This document shows, piece after piece, positions 49,022-62,218 of a DNA stretch of 64,000 nt. Source of the DNA: Octopus sinensis (Eukaryota); assembly GCF_006345805.1 (NCBI RefSeq), contig NC_043011.1, positions 52,464,464 to 52,528,463 of the forward strand, in the 5' to 3' direction. The first letter of the stretch is position 1; every line of letters starts with the position of its first letter. A program made the translations under genes and the position numbers. The notes beneath the pieces are model-generated. The model did no database searches. It worked only from the letters and a program-made list of their open reading frames with translations, and was not told the origin of the DNA.

Positions 49022-50434
49022 CTCAGGGAAATAACTCTTGCACTGTCAGCGACAATGGATCTCCGTCGGTTTTGACAATATGTATTCAGTCCGGCATACC
49101 TAAACAAGGTTGCCATCCTCATCTCCAATTTTGTTACTTCATTGTTTTCGGAATAATGCATGTCTTTCCAATAAAATTTTCTAAAAATATTCTTTCAGAG
49201 AATGTAGATTCCGATTGTATCGGAATATGTTGTAAAAAAAAAAAATTCGGTGTTGGGGGCGAAAGGAGTTTCGGATAATTCACAGAAGTAGACTTTGTTT
49301 CCTCATAACTTTCAGAGAAATGGGTATTTTTGTTTATGAAATTTTCTACAAATCATTTCAGCTGGTATAGACTACGGTTATATCGGAAATTAATGTGAAG
49401 AAATGGTACATCGCTCACACATTTACTAATACACATCTCTCTCTCACACACACACACACACACAGAAACGTGAATTTTTTTTTTGGGGGGGGGGGGAATT
49501 GTCGTGTATCAGTGTACATCCGCTTTTCTTTTTTTTTTTTTTTTTTCACATTAAGTTTTGACAGTGGTAATCTATGCGATCTGAAGGATATTTGTAGAAA
49601 ATTTCATTAAACAAGTGTCTGTTTTCCTGAAACTTATGAGGTAACAAAGTCAGGGGGTGCGGACTCAGCTGTGTAGACATGCCTTCAGTTCGATCAATTG
49701 AAACACCTGCTCGCTGAATCAATTATCATTTAAATGGCTGTGTACTCCACAAACGTATGCATTACTTTACTCCGCAGGTGAGTTAGCGTGACGCAGTGTG
49801 TGACAGAACTGTACTTTTGATGTACAAGTACAGTTTATCCATCGAAAACGGCTTGAGATAACCTGAGGCAATATTAAGAGACCCTTATCTTTTTAAATCC
49901 ATCTTTTTGTGAACAGTACTTGTATCATGTAATTTGTGATATTAATTTTAAATCTCGGGGAGATAACTCTGACACTGTCGGTGACAATTTTGCTCTTAGT
50001 CCTTTTAGTATATCTCTGTTGTCTCCCTTACCTTGTTCGTTCTAATCAGGCAGCTGCTAATATTAATCTCATCTTGATATCGGATTAAGTTAGTAATGTC
50101 AACAATGTCAAAACTCCAGCGACTCATAGATCCACAGTTTCTTCTTCTTCTTCATCCAGAAGATTCTATGCCTTTACGAACTACCCACATGCATGCCCCC
50201 ACCAGACACAAAATAACACGACACACGTCATCCCCCGCCAAAAGTACTAAACATTTCTTTCATTCGTAAATTCATTCCCCACTTTATGGTTTCCTTGAAC
50301 AAATGTCCAGACGTAAACATAAACCATATTGATCTTACCAGAATAGGGGTCAGGGATTTCAAAGGGTCAGGGGCATTGATCCTCCTTTGATGTATTAAAA
50401 CAAACAGCAACATTTTATTATATTAACAGTGAAA

Positions 50435-50700
50435 TTGCCAACACTATACCATCTATAATATCAACACTAAGTGCCAATACTATCATCTGATGTGCCAACA
50501 CTGTACCATTTAACTTGCCAATACTGTTTGTATAAATTGCTAATATTGTTTTGACTAAATTGCCAACACAGTGCTACCTAATTCGGTAGTACTGTACCAT
50601 CGAATTGCCAGCCGTGTACAATCTAAATTGTCAATTCTGTACAGTCTAAATTACTAGCACTGTACAGTCTAAATTGCAAATACTCTGTTATTTAAATTGG
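50435..50700. repeat. ~23-bp minisatellite
   Basis: About 11 units of aaattgccaacactgtaccatct. Confidence 0.8.
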
Positions 50701-50761
50701 CATCTTTATTGTAAGTGCAGGATATCCAGGATCACATAATTCAATACTTCCTTTTCTGAAA

Positions 50762-51350
50762 CAGAAGTGGCTGTGTGGTAAGTAGCTTGCATTCCAACCA
50801 CATGGTTCCGGGTTCATTCCCACTGCATGGCACCTTGGGCAAGTATCTTCAACTATAGCCTCGGGCCGACCAAAGCCTTGTGAGTGGATTTAGTAGACGG
50901 AAACTGAACGAAGCCCATCATATATGTATACATCATCATCGTTTAACGTCCGTTCTCCATGCTAGCATGGGTTGGACGGTTCGACCGGGGATCTGGGAAG
51001 CCAGAAGGCTGCACCAGGCTCCAGTCTTATCTGGCAATGTTTCTACAGCTGGATGCCCTTCCTAACGCCAACCACTCCGTGAGTGTAGTGGGTGCTTTTT
51101 ACGTGCCACCTGCACAGACGTGCCACCTGCACATATATATGTATGTGTGTCTGTGTTTGTCCCCCCAACATCGCTTGACAACCGATGGTGGTGTGTTTAC
51201 ATCCCCGTAACTTAGCAGTTCGGCAAAAGAAACTGATTGAATAAGTACTAGGCTTCAAAAGAATAAGTCCTGGGGTCAATTTGCTCGACTAAAGGCAGTG
51301 CTCCAGCATGGCCACAGTCAAATGACTGAAACAATTAAACGCGTAAAAGA
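50762..51350 (+). mobile_element. SINE family A interrupted by an antisense family C copy (about 50930-51130)
   Basis: Head and tail of family A flank a (CAT)n...gtgccacctgcac insert. Confidence 0.8.
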
Positions 51351-51622
51351 ACATAATAACTTATGGGGTGGGGTTGGCCATCTGTGGGAAGAAAAATGAG
51401 AAATCTTTAGTGTCAAGGACAGTAGGACAGTGTGGTAAATTGAGGAATATACAAATATGATAAAGAAGGGGACAGTTGGACAGAGCAGTACCTTGAAGAA
51501 TATATCAACACTGTATTGAAGGGGACAGTAGAAGGTACCTTGTACAATTTGTCTATAGAAGTATGGAGCAGTTGGATGGTGTGGTACCTTATAGAATATA
51601 TCAATATGGTAATGAAGGAGAC

Positions 51623-52031
51623 GAGCTGGCAGAACCGTTAGCACGCTGGACGAAATGCTTAGCAGTATTTTGCCTGCCGCTACATTCTGAGTTCAAATTC
51701 CGCTGAGGTCGACTTTGCCTTTCATCCTTTCGGGGTCGATTAAATAAGTACCAGTTATGCACTAGGGTCGATATAATCGACTTAATCCATTTGTCTGTCC
51801 TTGTTTGTCCCCTCTATGTTTAGCCCCTTGTGGGTAATAAAGAAATAGGTATTTCGCCTGCCGCTATGTTCTGAGTTCAAATTCCTCCGAGGTCGACTTT
51901 GCCTTTCATCCTTTTCAGGGTCATTAAATAAGTACCAGTTACGCACTGGGGTCGATATAATCGACTTAATCCATTTGTCTGTCCTAGTTTGTCCTCTCTG
52001 TGTTAAGCCCCTTGTGGGTAGTAAAGAAATA
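51623..52031 (+). mobile_element. SINE family B with a 184-bp internal tandem duplication, inserted in a ~45-bp minisatellite
   Basis: 51666-51849 is repeated at 51850-52033; flanking 15-bp duplication ggtaatgaaggagac. Confidence 0.85.
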
Positions 52032-52309
52032 GGTAATGAAGGAGACTATAGTACCTTGTAGAATATATTACTATGGTTATGAAGTATAGTAGTTGAATAT
52101 AGTACATTGTGGTACCATGTAAACTATGTCAATATGATAATGAAGTGTTGTACTGGGATAGACTGGCACCCTGTAAAAATATGTCAAAATGGTAATGAAG
52201 CAACCTATCTGGAATAGTAAGTTTTTTGGGTTTTTCCTTTTTACTTTACAACCTAATTTCATTTAATTCATTATCTTGTCTTTTCCCAGATAACCTTTAT
52301 CATGGTGGT

Positions 52310-52690
52310 AGTGGTGGTTGAGGAATTTGATGCAACGTGGTACTGTGTGTGGTGGTGGTGGTGGTGGTGGTGGTGTAATGTGATGTAGTGGTGATAGTGG
52401 TTGTGATAGTTATGACAGTGGAATCTGGTGTAAATGTTCCGGTGATGGTGGTGGTGTTAGAATCTTGTCTAATGTAGTTTAATGGTGTGGTGGTAGTGGT
52501 GGCAGAAATGAAATCTCATATGTGATAGTATTGGTGGTGGTGGTGGATGAAACTGGTGTAATGTGACATTGCTGTGATGGTGATGGTGGTAGCGGTTTTA
52601 GCATTGTAATGGTGTGATGTGTTGGTGACGGTACAGGAATTGGATCTAATGTAGCAGGTGGGATGTTGTTGTTGTTGGTGGTGGTGGTAT
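52310..52690. repeat. (GGT/GTG)n-rich low-complexity tract
   Basis: Degenerate trinucleotide repeats. Confidence 0.85.
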
Positions 52691-54626
52691 TGTTTCTGCC
52701 CTAGTCACTCTTGATCAATTAAAACTACAATCAGCAGCATATTAGGTGTGATCACCTTGGTCTTTCCAATTATGCAATATGCTAATTCCTTCTTTAAAAC
52801 AGTAAGATGTGATTCGAGGGAAAATTGGCTGTTATATTTAACAGATCAGATGACCACATGGAGGCTTTCCTCATTGGTTTGGTGGTTTTTGTGACTGGGG
52901 GGAATCTAATGTAAAGTTGTGATGATCGTCGTGTTGGGGTTGATATTGATTAAGCAAAAGAGTTATTTTATTTCATCATTATCATCATTTAACTGCCACT
53001 TTTCCATTCTTGCATGGGTCAAGCAGAATTTGTTGAGGCAGATTTCCTGCTTCTGGATGCTGTTCCTGTTGCCAACCCTCACCGGTTTCCAAGCAAAGTA
53101 ATACTTCCCCATGACCAGGCATATTTTTCACAGAAGATTGGAATCAAATAACATGCTCTTTTACAACCATCATGTAATGCCAAGACAAGGGTACACACAC
53201 ACACACACACATGATAGGCTTCTTTCAGTTTCCATCTACCCAATCCAATCACAAGGTTTTTTTTGTTGGCCCACAGCTATAGTAGAAGACACCTGCCAAA
53301 GGTGCCAAGCAACGGGACTGAACCCAAGATATCATGGTTGTAAAGCACACAACCCTGCCTGTGCCTATGAATGCTAAATCCAAGTATAAGTACTCTAGAT
53401 TATGTATTTAAAAAGGGTTCACTGAATATAATGTGTATTCATATTTGTAATAAACATAGTCACCCATTCCCCAACTCACACCCTTCCACACACCCAGACT
53501 GTCAATTCTTCTTTCTCCATTTACTTCTCACCTCATACTTTGAGGATCCACACAGACACCACCCTCACCACTATTTTCATCTCCTCCTCACTCCACCCCA
53601 ATCACCCCACCACCGTCTCTTCTAAAATGTGAATAGTCCTGTAGCTCCTCTACAACTAGGAACCTATCTCTGCTCTGGTTCCTCTCATACTTTCATCCTT
53701 CATCCACTTGCATAAAACTGCCTCCCTTGAGGTTTGTAGTCTTGCAAGCTGTGCTGATGACACAAAAAATAAAAGAATGGCAGAAAAAAAGCATGCATAC
53801 CCAGTACAATCTGTTAAGTGTTGGCATCAGGAAAAGCATCTAGCCATAGAAATCATGCAAAAGTAGACAGTGGAGTATGATGCAGTTTTTGCATCCATTG
53901 GATCCTATCAAACCATCCAACCCATGCCATCATGGAACATAAATATTAAATGCTGATGATGATGATGATGGTACTATGGAAGTAAAAAAAAAAAAAAAAC
54001 TATTCTATTCATCGAGAGTGGTGATCAGTAAGTAAAAATTTCCCAAATTCATGATACCAAGCTTGTTTTTCCAGCAAAATGTGGAATAATTTGCATAACC
54101 AAAGAATAGTAATATTTGATGTTATGTGAAAGTTACGAGGCTAGCTAAATGCAAATGTGTTGTTTTATAAGCAAACCATGGAGTAGTAACTAGAAAGTGT
54201 AGACATAAGGCCCCACCATTACTTTAACTTCAGTTCATTTGTGAAAGCTCTAGTATCCTAAAATAAAGCAAAAAAATTTAAGTAGAAAATACGGAATACA
54301 GTAATGATTGAACAAAAAGAAGAGAATTGGTAATGCTGAAGAAGGATAAAAAAGGATAAAACTCCTTGAATCATTCAGACTCATAAGGCTGGTTTCTGTG
54401 GAGTATTTATTCCCCACTGGACAAGACACCGGTTCAGTGTAGGATTACTCATTTTTGCTAGCTGAGTGGACTGAGCAATGTGAAATGAAGTGCTTTGCTC
54501 AAGAACACAATGCATCACCTGGTTCAGGAATTGAAACCTTAATCTTATGTTTATGATTCCAACAACCTAACCACTAAACCATGCACCTTCGCTGAAGATG
54601 TTGCTTTGTGAAGTAAAACAGCTTAA

Positions 54627-54846
54627 CCCTATTGATACCAACCTGCCTAAGATCACCCCTGATTCCAATCCAAGACAAATTTCTTGTTTTAAAATGATCT
54701 AAATTAGAATCTTCTACCAAATTTAATTTATTCCAAAAGCACCAGCTTCATATAATTATGAAATTATTTTACCAAGTTCTTCATTCTTTTGAAGATGAAT
54801 TGAAACAAAGGCAGTGCATTTCAACAGAAATATTGTAACAAAAGGG
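54627..54846. mobile_element. piggyBac-like MITE (inverse of 32417)
   Basis: TTAA|ccctattgatacc ... gtaacaaaaggg|TTGA. Confidence 0.7.
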
Positions 54847-55308
54847 TTGAAGTAGAAACATATTTAGGTGCAGGCATGGCTGTGTGGTAAAAAGCTTGCT
54901 CCCCAACCATGTGGTTCTGGGTTCATGGCACCTTGGGCAAGTGTCTGCTACTATAACCTCGGGATGACCAAAAACCTTGTGAGTGGATTCAGTAGATGGA
55001 AACTGAAAGAAGCCCATCATATATGTATGTCTTTGTGTCTGTGTTTTTCCCCACCATCACTTGACAACTGATGATGTTGGTGTGTTTACGTTCCAGTAAC
55101 TTAGTGGTTCAACAAAAGAGACCAACAGAATAAGTACTAGGCTTACAAAGAATAAGTCTTGGTATCGATTTGTTCAACTACAAAAAAAAAACCTTTAAGG
55201 CAGTGCTCCAGCATGGCCGCAGTCAAAAGGATTGAAACAAGTAAAAGAATAAAAGAAAGAACGGTTTTAGAGACAAGTCATACTCGTTCTTTGTTATTGT
55301 AATGAAAC

Positions 55309-55695
55309 ATAGGCGCAGGAGTGGCTGTGTGGTAAGTAGCTTGCTAACCAACCACATGGTTCCGGGTTCAGTCCCACTGCGTGGCATCTTGGGCAAGTGT
55401 CTTCTGCTATAGCCCCGGGCCGACCAATGCCTTGTGAGTGGATTTGGTAGACAGAAACTGAAAGAAGCCTGTCGTATATATATATAAGTGTGTGTGTCTG
55501 TGTTTGTCCCCCTAGCATTGCTTGACAACCGATGCTGGTGTGTTTACGTCCCCGTCACTTAGTGGTTCGACAAAAAATACCGATATAATAAGTACTGGGC
55601 TTGCAAAGAATAAGTCCCGGGGTCGATTTGCTCGACTAAAGGCAGTGCTCCAGCATGGCTGCTGTCAAATGACTGAAACAAGTAAAAGAGTAAAA
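55309..55695 (+). mobile_element. SINE family A, young subfamily
   Basis: Full-length; nearly identical to 60180-60552. Confidence 0.92.
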
Positions 55696-56709
55696 GTTGT
55701 TTTTTTTGTTGGTTGACTTTCCAGACATGAAGACATTTCAGCACCAGCAGCCAAGTTTCAAAAGATTTATTTAGATAATACTGAGTTTGAATTTTTGTAC
55801 CAAAAATTCTTCACTTTAAGAATTTTGACAAAATTCAGGCCCAAGCCTGAAAACTCTACAAGCTTTTAATATACTATATGCTCCTATATGCTTCATTCCC
55901 TAATATTTGAATAGCATTATGGATTCACTTGTGTTTAATGATAAATAACGTGATTTAGAGACAAGAATTTGTCTGAGAGGAAATATATAAAGAATGAACA
56001 CAGACCAAACAATGGTACTAATATGACTCAACAGACTTGCTCTCATGGCAAGAACTTACAATTTTCTGATGTTCTCACAGAAAGTTGCTTCTTCTTGTTC
56101 AGATTTTATTTATTGTGCTTGTGATATCTATTTTTTTTACATTGTGCTTTTTTGCAAATATTACTCCTTCACAGTACCTGTGTGTAGCCCAAGGTCCCAC
56201 AAGATTTTATCTCGGCTCTGGTGGTGGTGGTGGTGATATCCATGTTTATATTGATGGTCGTGGAAGGAATCTAGTGTGGTAGTAGTTGTAGAATTTGATG
56301 TGTAATACAGTAGGGTTGGTTGTACAGTAGTGAAATGTGGGGGTGTGATGGAATCTAGTATGACTGTTTGTGTATAATTGAGGTATTTATGGGTGGTATC
56401 ATACAGTGTAATGTGTGATGCATGGGTGTATATGTGTGTGTGTGTGTATGTATATATATATATAAAACGTTTGTGTATAATGGTGCATTTCTCTGCTCTC
56501 TTTCTCTCTCTCCATCTCCTCACTAACATCTGTCTAACTGTTTGACACAGCCAATTTCTTCCTATTTCTTCTACTCACCTCTATCTTCTCTTCTCTGCAA
56601 TTTGACTAATAATGACTGATATTTGTTATTACAACCCAGTTTCCAAAACTATTTAATATTTATTAGTTAATTGTTGTTGCTGTTGCTTGTTATGCTTGCA
56701 ATGTTAATA

Positions 56710-56752
<43 letters not shown>

Positions 56753-57188
56753 ATATATGTGTGTGTGTGTGATTGTGATAGTGCTGATGGTGGTGTTTTA
56801 TCTCATGTCACTAATTAGGCAGATAAAAGGCGTGCATAAACTCTCACACTTTGACACATACGTATATATATATACAAACGTGTTCGCGCGCGCGTTGCCT
56901 ATACGAAAAAAAAATCCACCCTGAATTTAATTTCTGAGTTAAGTGTTATTATTAAGAACTACGTCGTTCATTCAGCTGGAAGTAATCATTATTTATATAT
57001 ATATATAATATATATATAAATTTTCATCTGTCCTGCCCGCCAAATTTGGTTCTGGTGTTCGCTGAATTTTTCCTCTAGAGAACTTCCTTAGTAGGTTGAT
57101 CGTTTGATGATCTATTTCTAGCATGCGGCAGACTACCTAGCAGCCTTGCCCTGTCAATATACACAATTATATATATACACACACACAC

Positions 57189-57225
<37 letters not shown>

Positions 57226-57624
57226 TATAAAGTTAGGAACTTCGGATTTACGTGAAATATTTTGTATAACATATATATAAATAAATGGGGTTAAACGAAG
57301 GTGTTATTCAAATTCTTTTACTTTTATATACATATATATACACACGCTTGACGCTTTTCTGACCGATAAATTTTAGAAGCTAACCTGTTCGCAAGGTGTG
57401 CTGGGCTTTTACGTATACAGACACCACAGATTAGGTATAGAGAGATTCACACACACACACACACACACACACATCTGAAGCCAAATTGATTCTCAGTCAG
57501 TCAGATATCCTCTCTAAGTTATACCGTTAAAATCCCGAGAATTCGAGGGAGGTACTGACTAGTTTTATGTGTGGTGGGTTGGTAGCCTGCGTCGGTAAGA
57601 GTCAAAGGCGAAGTAGCAGCTGAA

Positions 57625-57655
<31 letters not shown>

Positions 57656-57711
57656 TAAACGTTCAGATATTGTCTTCATTGAAAAAAAGAAAAGAAAAAA
57701 AACTTCCGTAC

Positions 57712-58351
57712 CTCATTGGTTATTATATCTTTTTTAGCTGAAGATACAGATTTCGGTTATAGTTGCTGTGGTGATGGTTTAACCCCAGGTCAGACCTGTG
57801 GTGGTAAAAAGCATTTCAGGTGTGACCATTACCATCCTTTTTTTTATTTTGAAGGTAGAAGATTTAGCTGCTACATCTTTCTGGGCGGCGGGTCACAACG
57901 TCGAAGATCCCCAACCCGCCCCAATAACTTCTGGATAATTGATTCCTCGTATTTCTATTCGTTTTCCTTCGAAATATGCAAAGTCTGTCTAACCCCCTAC
58001 AAGATCTTTGGGGGTTGCCGATGTTGCTGCACCGATAGGTGTGAATACGTAAAGGAGGGACCGACTAATAATGTAGACTATTTAGATCAAGTATCAGATA
58101 GATGCACGGCGACGGAAGGGGCGGGCCTCAATTAAACAAGGACAGACAGTCAGACGGGTAGAGCTGGATCTGTATCATTCAGATGAAAGAGATAGTTTCA
58201 GTCATTTAGTCAGATTATACAGATTGGTTGTTGGTGTATATAGCCAGCCGCCACATAAACTTGACCTTAATCAGTGAAGCAGACGAGAGAAGAGGATAAG
58301 GAGAACAAAAAAATTGCCGGCTTCAGTTGAATTCATCACCATCATCGCATC
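57712..58351. promoter_or_regulatory. CpG-enriched, possibly bidirectional promoter / 5'-UTR region
   Basis: GC box GGGGCGGG at 58118, CGGAAG at 58113, reverse CCAAT (ATTGG) at 58223, and a minus-strand donor GAG|GTACGG at 57712/57711. Confidence 0.45.
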
Positions 58352-58467
58352 ATGGCCAAGTTTGTTCTCCAGCCACTGGGGTCGACCACTGACAGCCCCT
58401 TGTTTCAAAGGAGGAGAATACACAATGAGAATTTGGCTGCTCAAAATGTGGACAATAAGAAAAACGG
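58352..58467 (+). CDS. Candidate first coding exon of an unidentified host gene (MAKFVLQPLGSTTDSPLFQRRRIHNENLAAQNVDNKKNG)
   Basis: Strong Kozak gcatcATGG, in-frame upstream TGA, donor-like CGG|GTGGGT, unique sequence next to promoter motifs. No homology recognised. Confidence 0.4.
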
Positions 58468-59265
58468 GTGGGTAAAGAATATTGATCTTTTTTTTAAAAA
58501 ATGTTTTCCTTCTCTCTGTCTGTCTCTCTATTTCCCTCACACATACACACACGTATATATGTAAAAAAAAAATAAACAAACAAAGCAACGTAATATGTAT
58601 GACAAAAACTAACATATACAAACAACAGCTTAATTAATTATTAATTTATTAATCGGAGTTAGTTAAATGTAACCTCCACCCTGTCCCAGCATCACGCTAC
58701 CTTTCTTTTCAGAGAACTATAGTCGTTATAATCGTTCATATTAGTGGTGTGTGTGTGTATGTATATATGTGTGTGCGTGCGTGCGTGTGTTTATTATATG
58801 TAGACGTTCATTTGTGCGTAACAGAATACTTTGTAGTAAGAAGTTGGTTAGTGATGGTGAAGGTGGAGCATAACATTTACATATGGCCACACACACACAC
58901 ACACATACAAACGTGTATTCAATTGTGCGACTGTTAGTATAACAATTGATTGGTATCGATCTGTCAGGTTTTCTAATGGATGGTGACAAGGTGTATTACT
59001 CTTTCTCTACAACAGCTTTCCCTCCCTCCCTCTCTTTCTCACATTATGTGTGTGTGTGTGTCTGTGAGTGTGTGTGTGTGGTGGTATGTATATTTATAAC
59101 GTGTGTATGTGTTGTGACTTTGAACTTCTCCCAAAAAAACTAATATACATGTATGTATGCATGCATTCATCTAAGTATCCACATCTGTCTGTTCGTCTTT
59201 TTATCTATCTATCTTTACATATATATATATATATATTGTGGTTAACCCCGAATCAACCCGGGACC

Positions 59266-59302
<37 letters not shown>

Positions 59303-60136
59303 TTTATTTAAAGATTACTCTACCACTGGTATTGAGTACTATTTTTTCCACCTTGTTTCACATTTATGTGTTTACTCCGGTATATATATATAATATATAA
59401 TATACAGACACTCATATATATACATATATATATATATACACACATATATATGCATACATACATATATATACATACATACATATATAGTATTTTTGTTTCC
59501 TCTTGATATTCAAACGTCCTGTGGTCATAAACTTGTTGACAGTTATGAAAAGATGGATGCATTCATACAAAGTCCACCTCACTCAGCTTTCTCCTGAAAT
59601 GTAGGGTAATTGGGTTTTGTTGAAATAAAGCTTTGTAGTAGTAGTAGTAGTAGTAGTCCTTTCTACTATTAGTAGTAGTATAGTAGTGGTAGTAGTAGTA
59701 GTCCTTTCTACTATAGGAACAAGGCCTGAAATTTGCAGGGTGAGGGACTAGTCGATTACATCGACCCAGTGTTTCACTGGTACTTAATTTATCAATCTCA
59801 AAAGGATGAAAGGTAAAGTTGACCTCGGCAGAATTTGAACCCAGAGTGAAGCAATGAATAATAATAATAGTGGTTTCGAATTTTTCCACAAGGGCAGCCA
59901 TTTGGGGGGGGGGGTGAGTCGATTACATCGACCCCAGTGTCTCTCTGGTGCTTAATTTATCGACCCTGAGAGGATGAAAGGCAAAGTCGACCTCGGTGGT
60001 ATTTGAACCCAGAACATAAAAGAACCAGAAAAAAAAGCCACCAAGCGTTTTATTCAATGTGCTGATGATTCTACCAGCTCACTGACTTTAATAATAATAA
60101 TAATTAATTCTCGTTTATTGGCCAACAAAAATCAAA

Positions 60137-60170
<34 letters not shown>

Positions 60171-60179
60171 TATTATTAT

Positions 60180-60552
60180 TGGTAAGTAGCTTGCTAACCA
60201 ACCACATGGTTCCGGGTTCAGTCCCACTGCGTGGCATCTTGGGCAAGTGTCTTCTGCTATAGCCCCGTGCCGACCAATGTCTTGTGAGTGGATTTCGTAG
60301 ACGGAAACTGAAAGAAGCCTGTCGTATATATGTATATATATATATATGTTTGTGTGTCTGTGTTTGTCCCCCTAGCATTGCTTGACAACTGATGCTGGTG
60401 TGTTTACGTCCCCGTCACTTAGCGGTTCGGCAAAAGAGACCGATAGAATAAGTACTGGGCTTACAAAGAATAAGTCCCGGGGTTGATTTGCTCGACTAAA
60501 GGTGGTGCTCCAGCATGGCCACAGTCAAATGACTGAAACAAGTAAAAGAGTA
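60180..60552 (+). mobile_element. SINE family A, young subfamily (5' ~20 bp missing)
   Basis: Shares diagnostic bases with 55309 and 1774. Confidence 0.9.
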
Positions 60553-60854
60553 ATAATAACAATAATGATAATCTTTCTACTAATAGGCACAAGGCCTGAA
60601 ATTTGCGGGGGGGGAGGGGGCCAGTCGATTAGGTCGACCTCAGTACGCAACTTGATAATGGTAAGGAAGGATGAATGGTAATGTTGGTTTTGTCTGGACT
60701 TAAACTCAGACCATACAGAGCTGGGACAAATACAGTTAGGTTTTATGGGTGTGTGTATTGTATGTATGCGTGTCCTTGTACCTTATATGTGTACTATTAA
60801 TTTACTGACTTAGCATTTTCTAAAACATTTCCTTCACAACTATGCATACACCCA

Positions 60855-60910
<56 letters not shown>

Positions 60911-60998
60911 TCATCATATTTCATTTACCTGTATGTATAGTATGCATATAGTTCTTTTTTTTCTCTTGCTATTCTTGTCTGCTGCACCTGTGCATATA

Positions 60999-61093
60999 TA
61001 ATAATAATAATAATAATAATTGTGTACAGTGCTCAGGTGCACTACAACTCATCTAAAGTGTATATATAATCAGGTGTAGTTTCGGCGGATTTC
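60999..61093 (-). mobile_element. Extremely 5'-truncated (~74 bp plus tail) copy of the CR1-type LINE
   Basis: Reverse complement matches 7979-8051 with one mismatch; (ATT)n tail; inserted in (TA)n. Confidence 0.92.
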
Positions 61094-61378
61094 ATATATA
61101 TATATATATATATAAAAGAGAGAAACGGGCAGAGAAGGAAAGAATAGGTAAATGAGATTGAGAGAGAGAGACTAGCTTGCTATACCTGTTGATGGTGGAC
61201 CAGAATGGCAAAATGGTAAAATAAAAAAAAAATTTAAAAATTGATAAAAAAAAAAACAGAGAGTATGTTCTGCTAACTTACCTTGTGTGTTGAACCTTTC
61301 ACACACTCTCTCTCTTTGTCTGTGTCTCTTTCCCTTTTCCTCTCTTCCTCATCCACTATGTATATAAATGTGTGTGTG

Positions 61379-61422
<44 letters not shown>

Positions 61423-62218
61423 GATGTCTTCACATTCTGTAAGCTTTTTGTTGTTGTTTATTTTGCTGCCCTATTTACTCTGACTCAACTCCAGTGGGAT
61501 GAGGATGACTACCCCTGCCTAATATATGATGAATAGCCGTTGTAATAACAGTGTTAATGCTTATGTGGTGGGGCTGTTGTTGTTATTGGTGGTGATGGTG
61601 GCGGGGTGGTAATAGTAATAGTAATAATAGTGAAGGTGGCGGTGGTGGTGGTGATGATGATGAGGAGAAATAATGCTAGCTGATATATTGATCTCCTTTC
61701 TATAATAAACTTTTGTTTGTTTGTGCGTGTGTGTGTGTCTGTGTGTGTGTGAGAGAGAGAGAGATATTGAATTTGTGGCTCATTCTTTTGTATTTGTTTT
61801 TTACTTTTGAAAACCTATGGTGTTTGTATTCTTAAACCAGTGACTAATGATTGTTCACAATGATGATGATGATGACTACCCTTCCACCATCCCATGTTTT
61901 TTTTTCTTCTCTTCTGAGGATAAAGCAATACAGTTTGAAAAACCTATATAATGTTCTGATTTGATCTTATATGTATGTATGGTATGCATGGTATGTTGTG
62001 TGGATATGTATGTATGTGTGAGTGTTTGGGTGTGTATGTGTGGTTTTTGTGATTAAGAAGTATCTTGCCTTCCTAATCATGTGGTTATGGTCCAGTTCCA
62101 CTGCTTGGTATCTTAAACAGGTGTGAATGGAATTTTGGTGGACAGAAATTAAATGAAAACCATCATATCTATCTACTTCTCTTTCCCCACTCTCTCTCTC
62201 TCTCTTTATTTATATATA

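Noticed and set aside
50435-50700. CRISPR-like array (also considered for 36985, 51400 and 63100)
   Set aside because: Units are directly adjacent degenerate repeats with no unique spacers, the context is eukaryotic, and there are no cas genes.
55309-55385. tRNA-like sequences with A and B boxes
   Set aside because: They are SINE heads with no complete cloverleaf, and they continue into SINE bodies.
57716-58135. 139-aa Cys-rich plus-strand ORF
   Set aside because: Non-ATG start, no recognisable domain, and it lies in a GC-richer promoter-like region where chance ORFs are expected.
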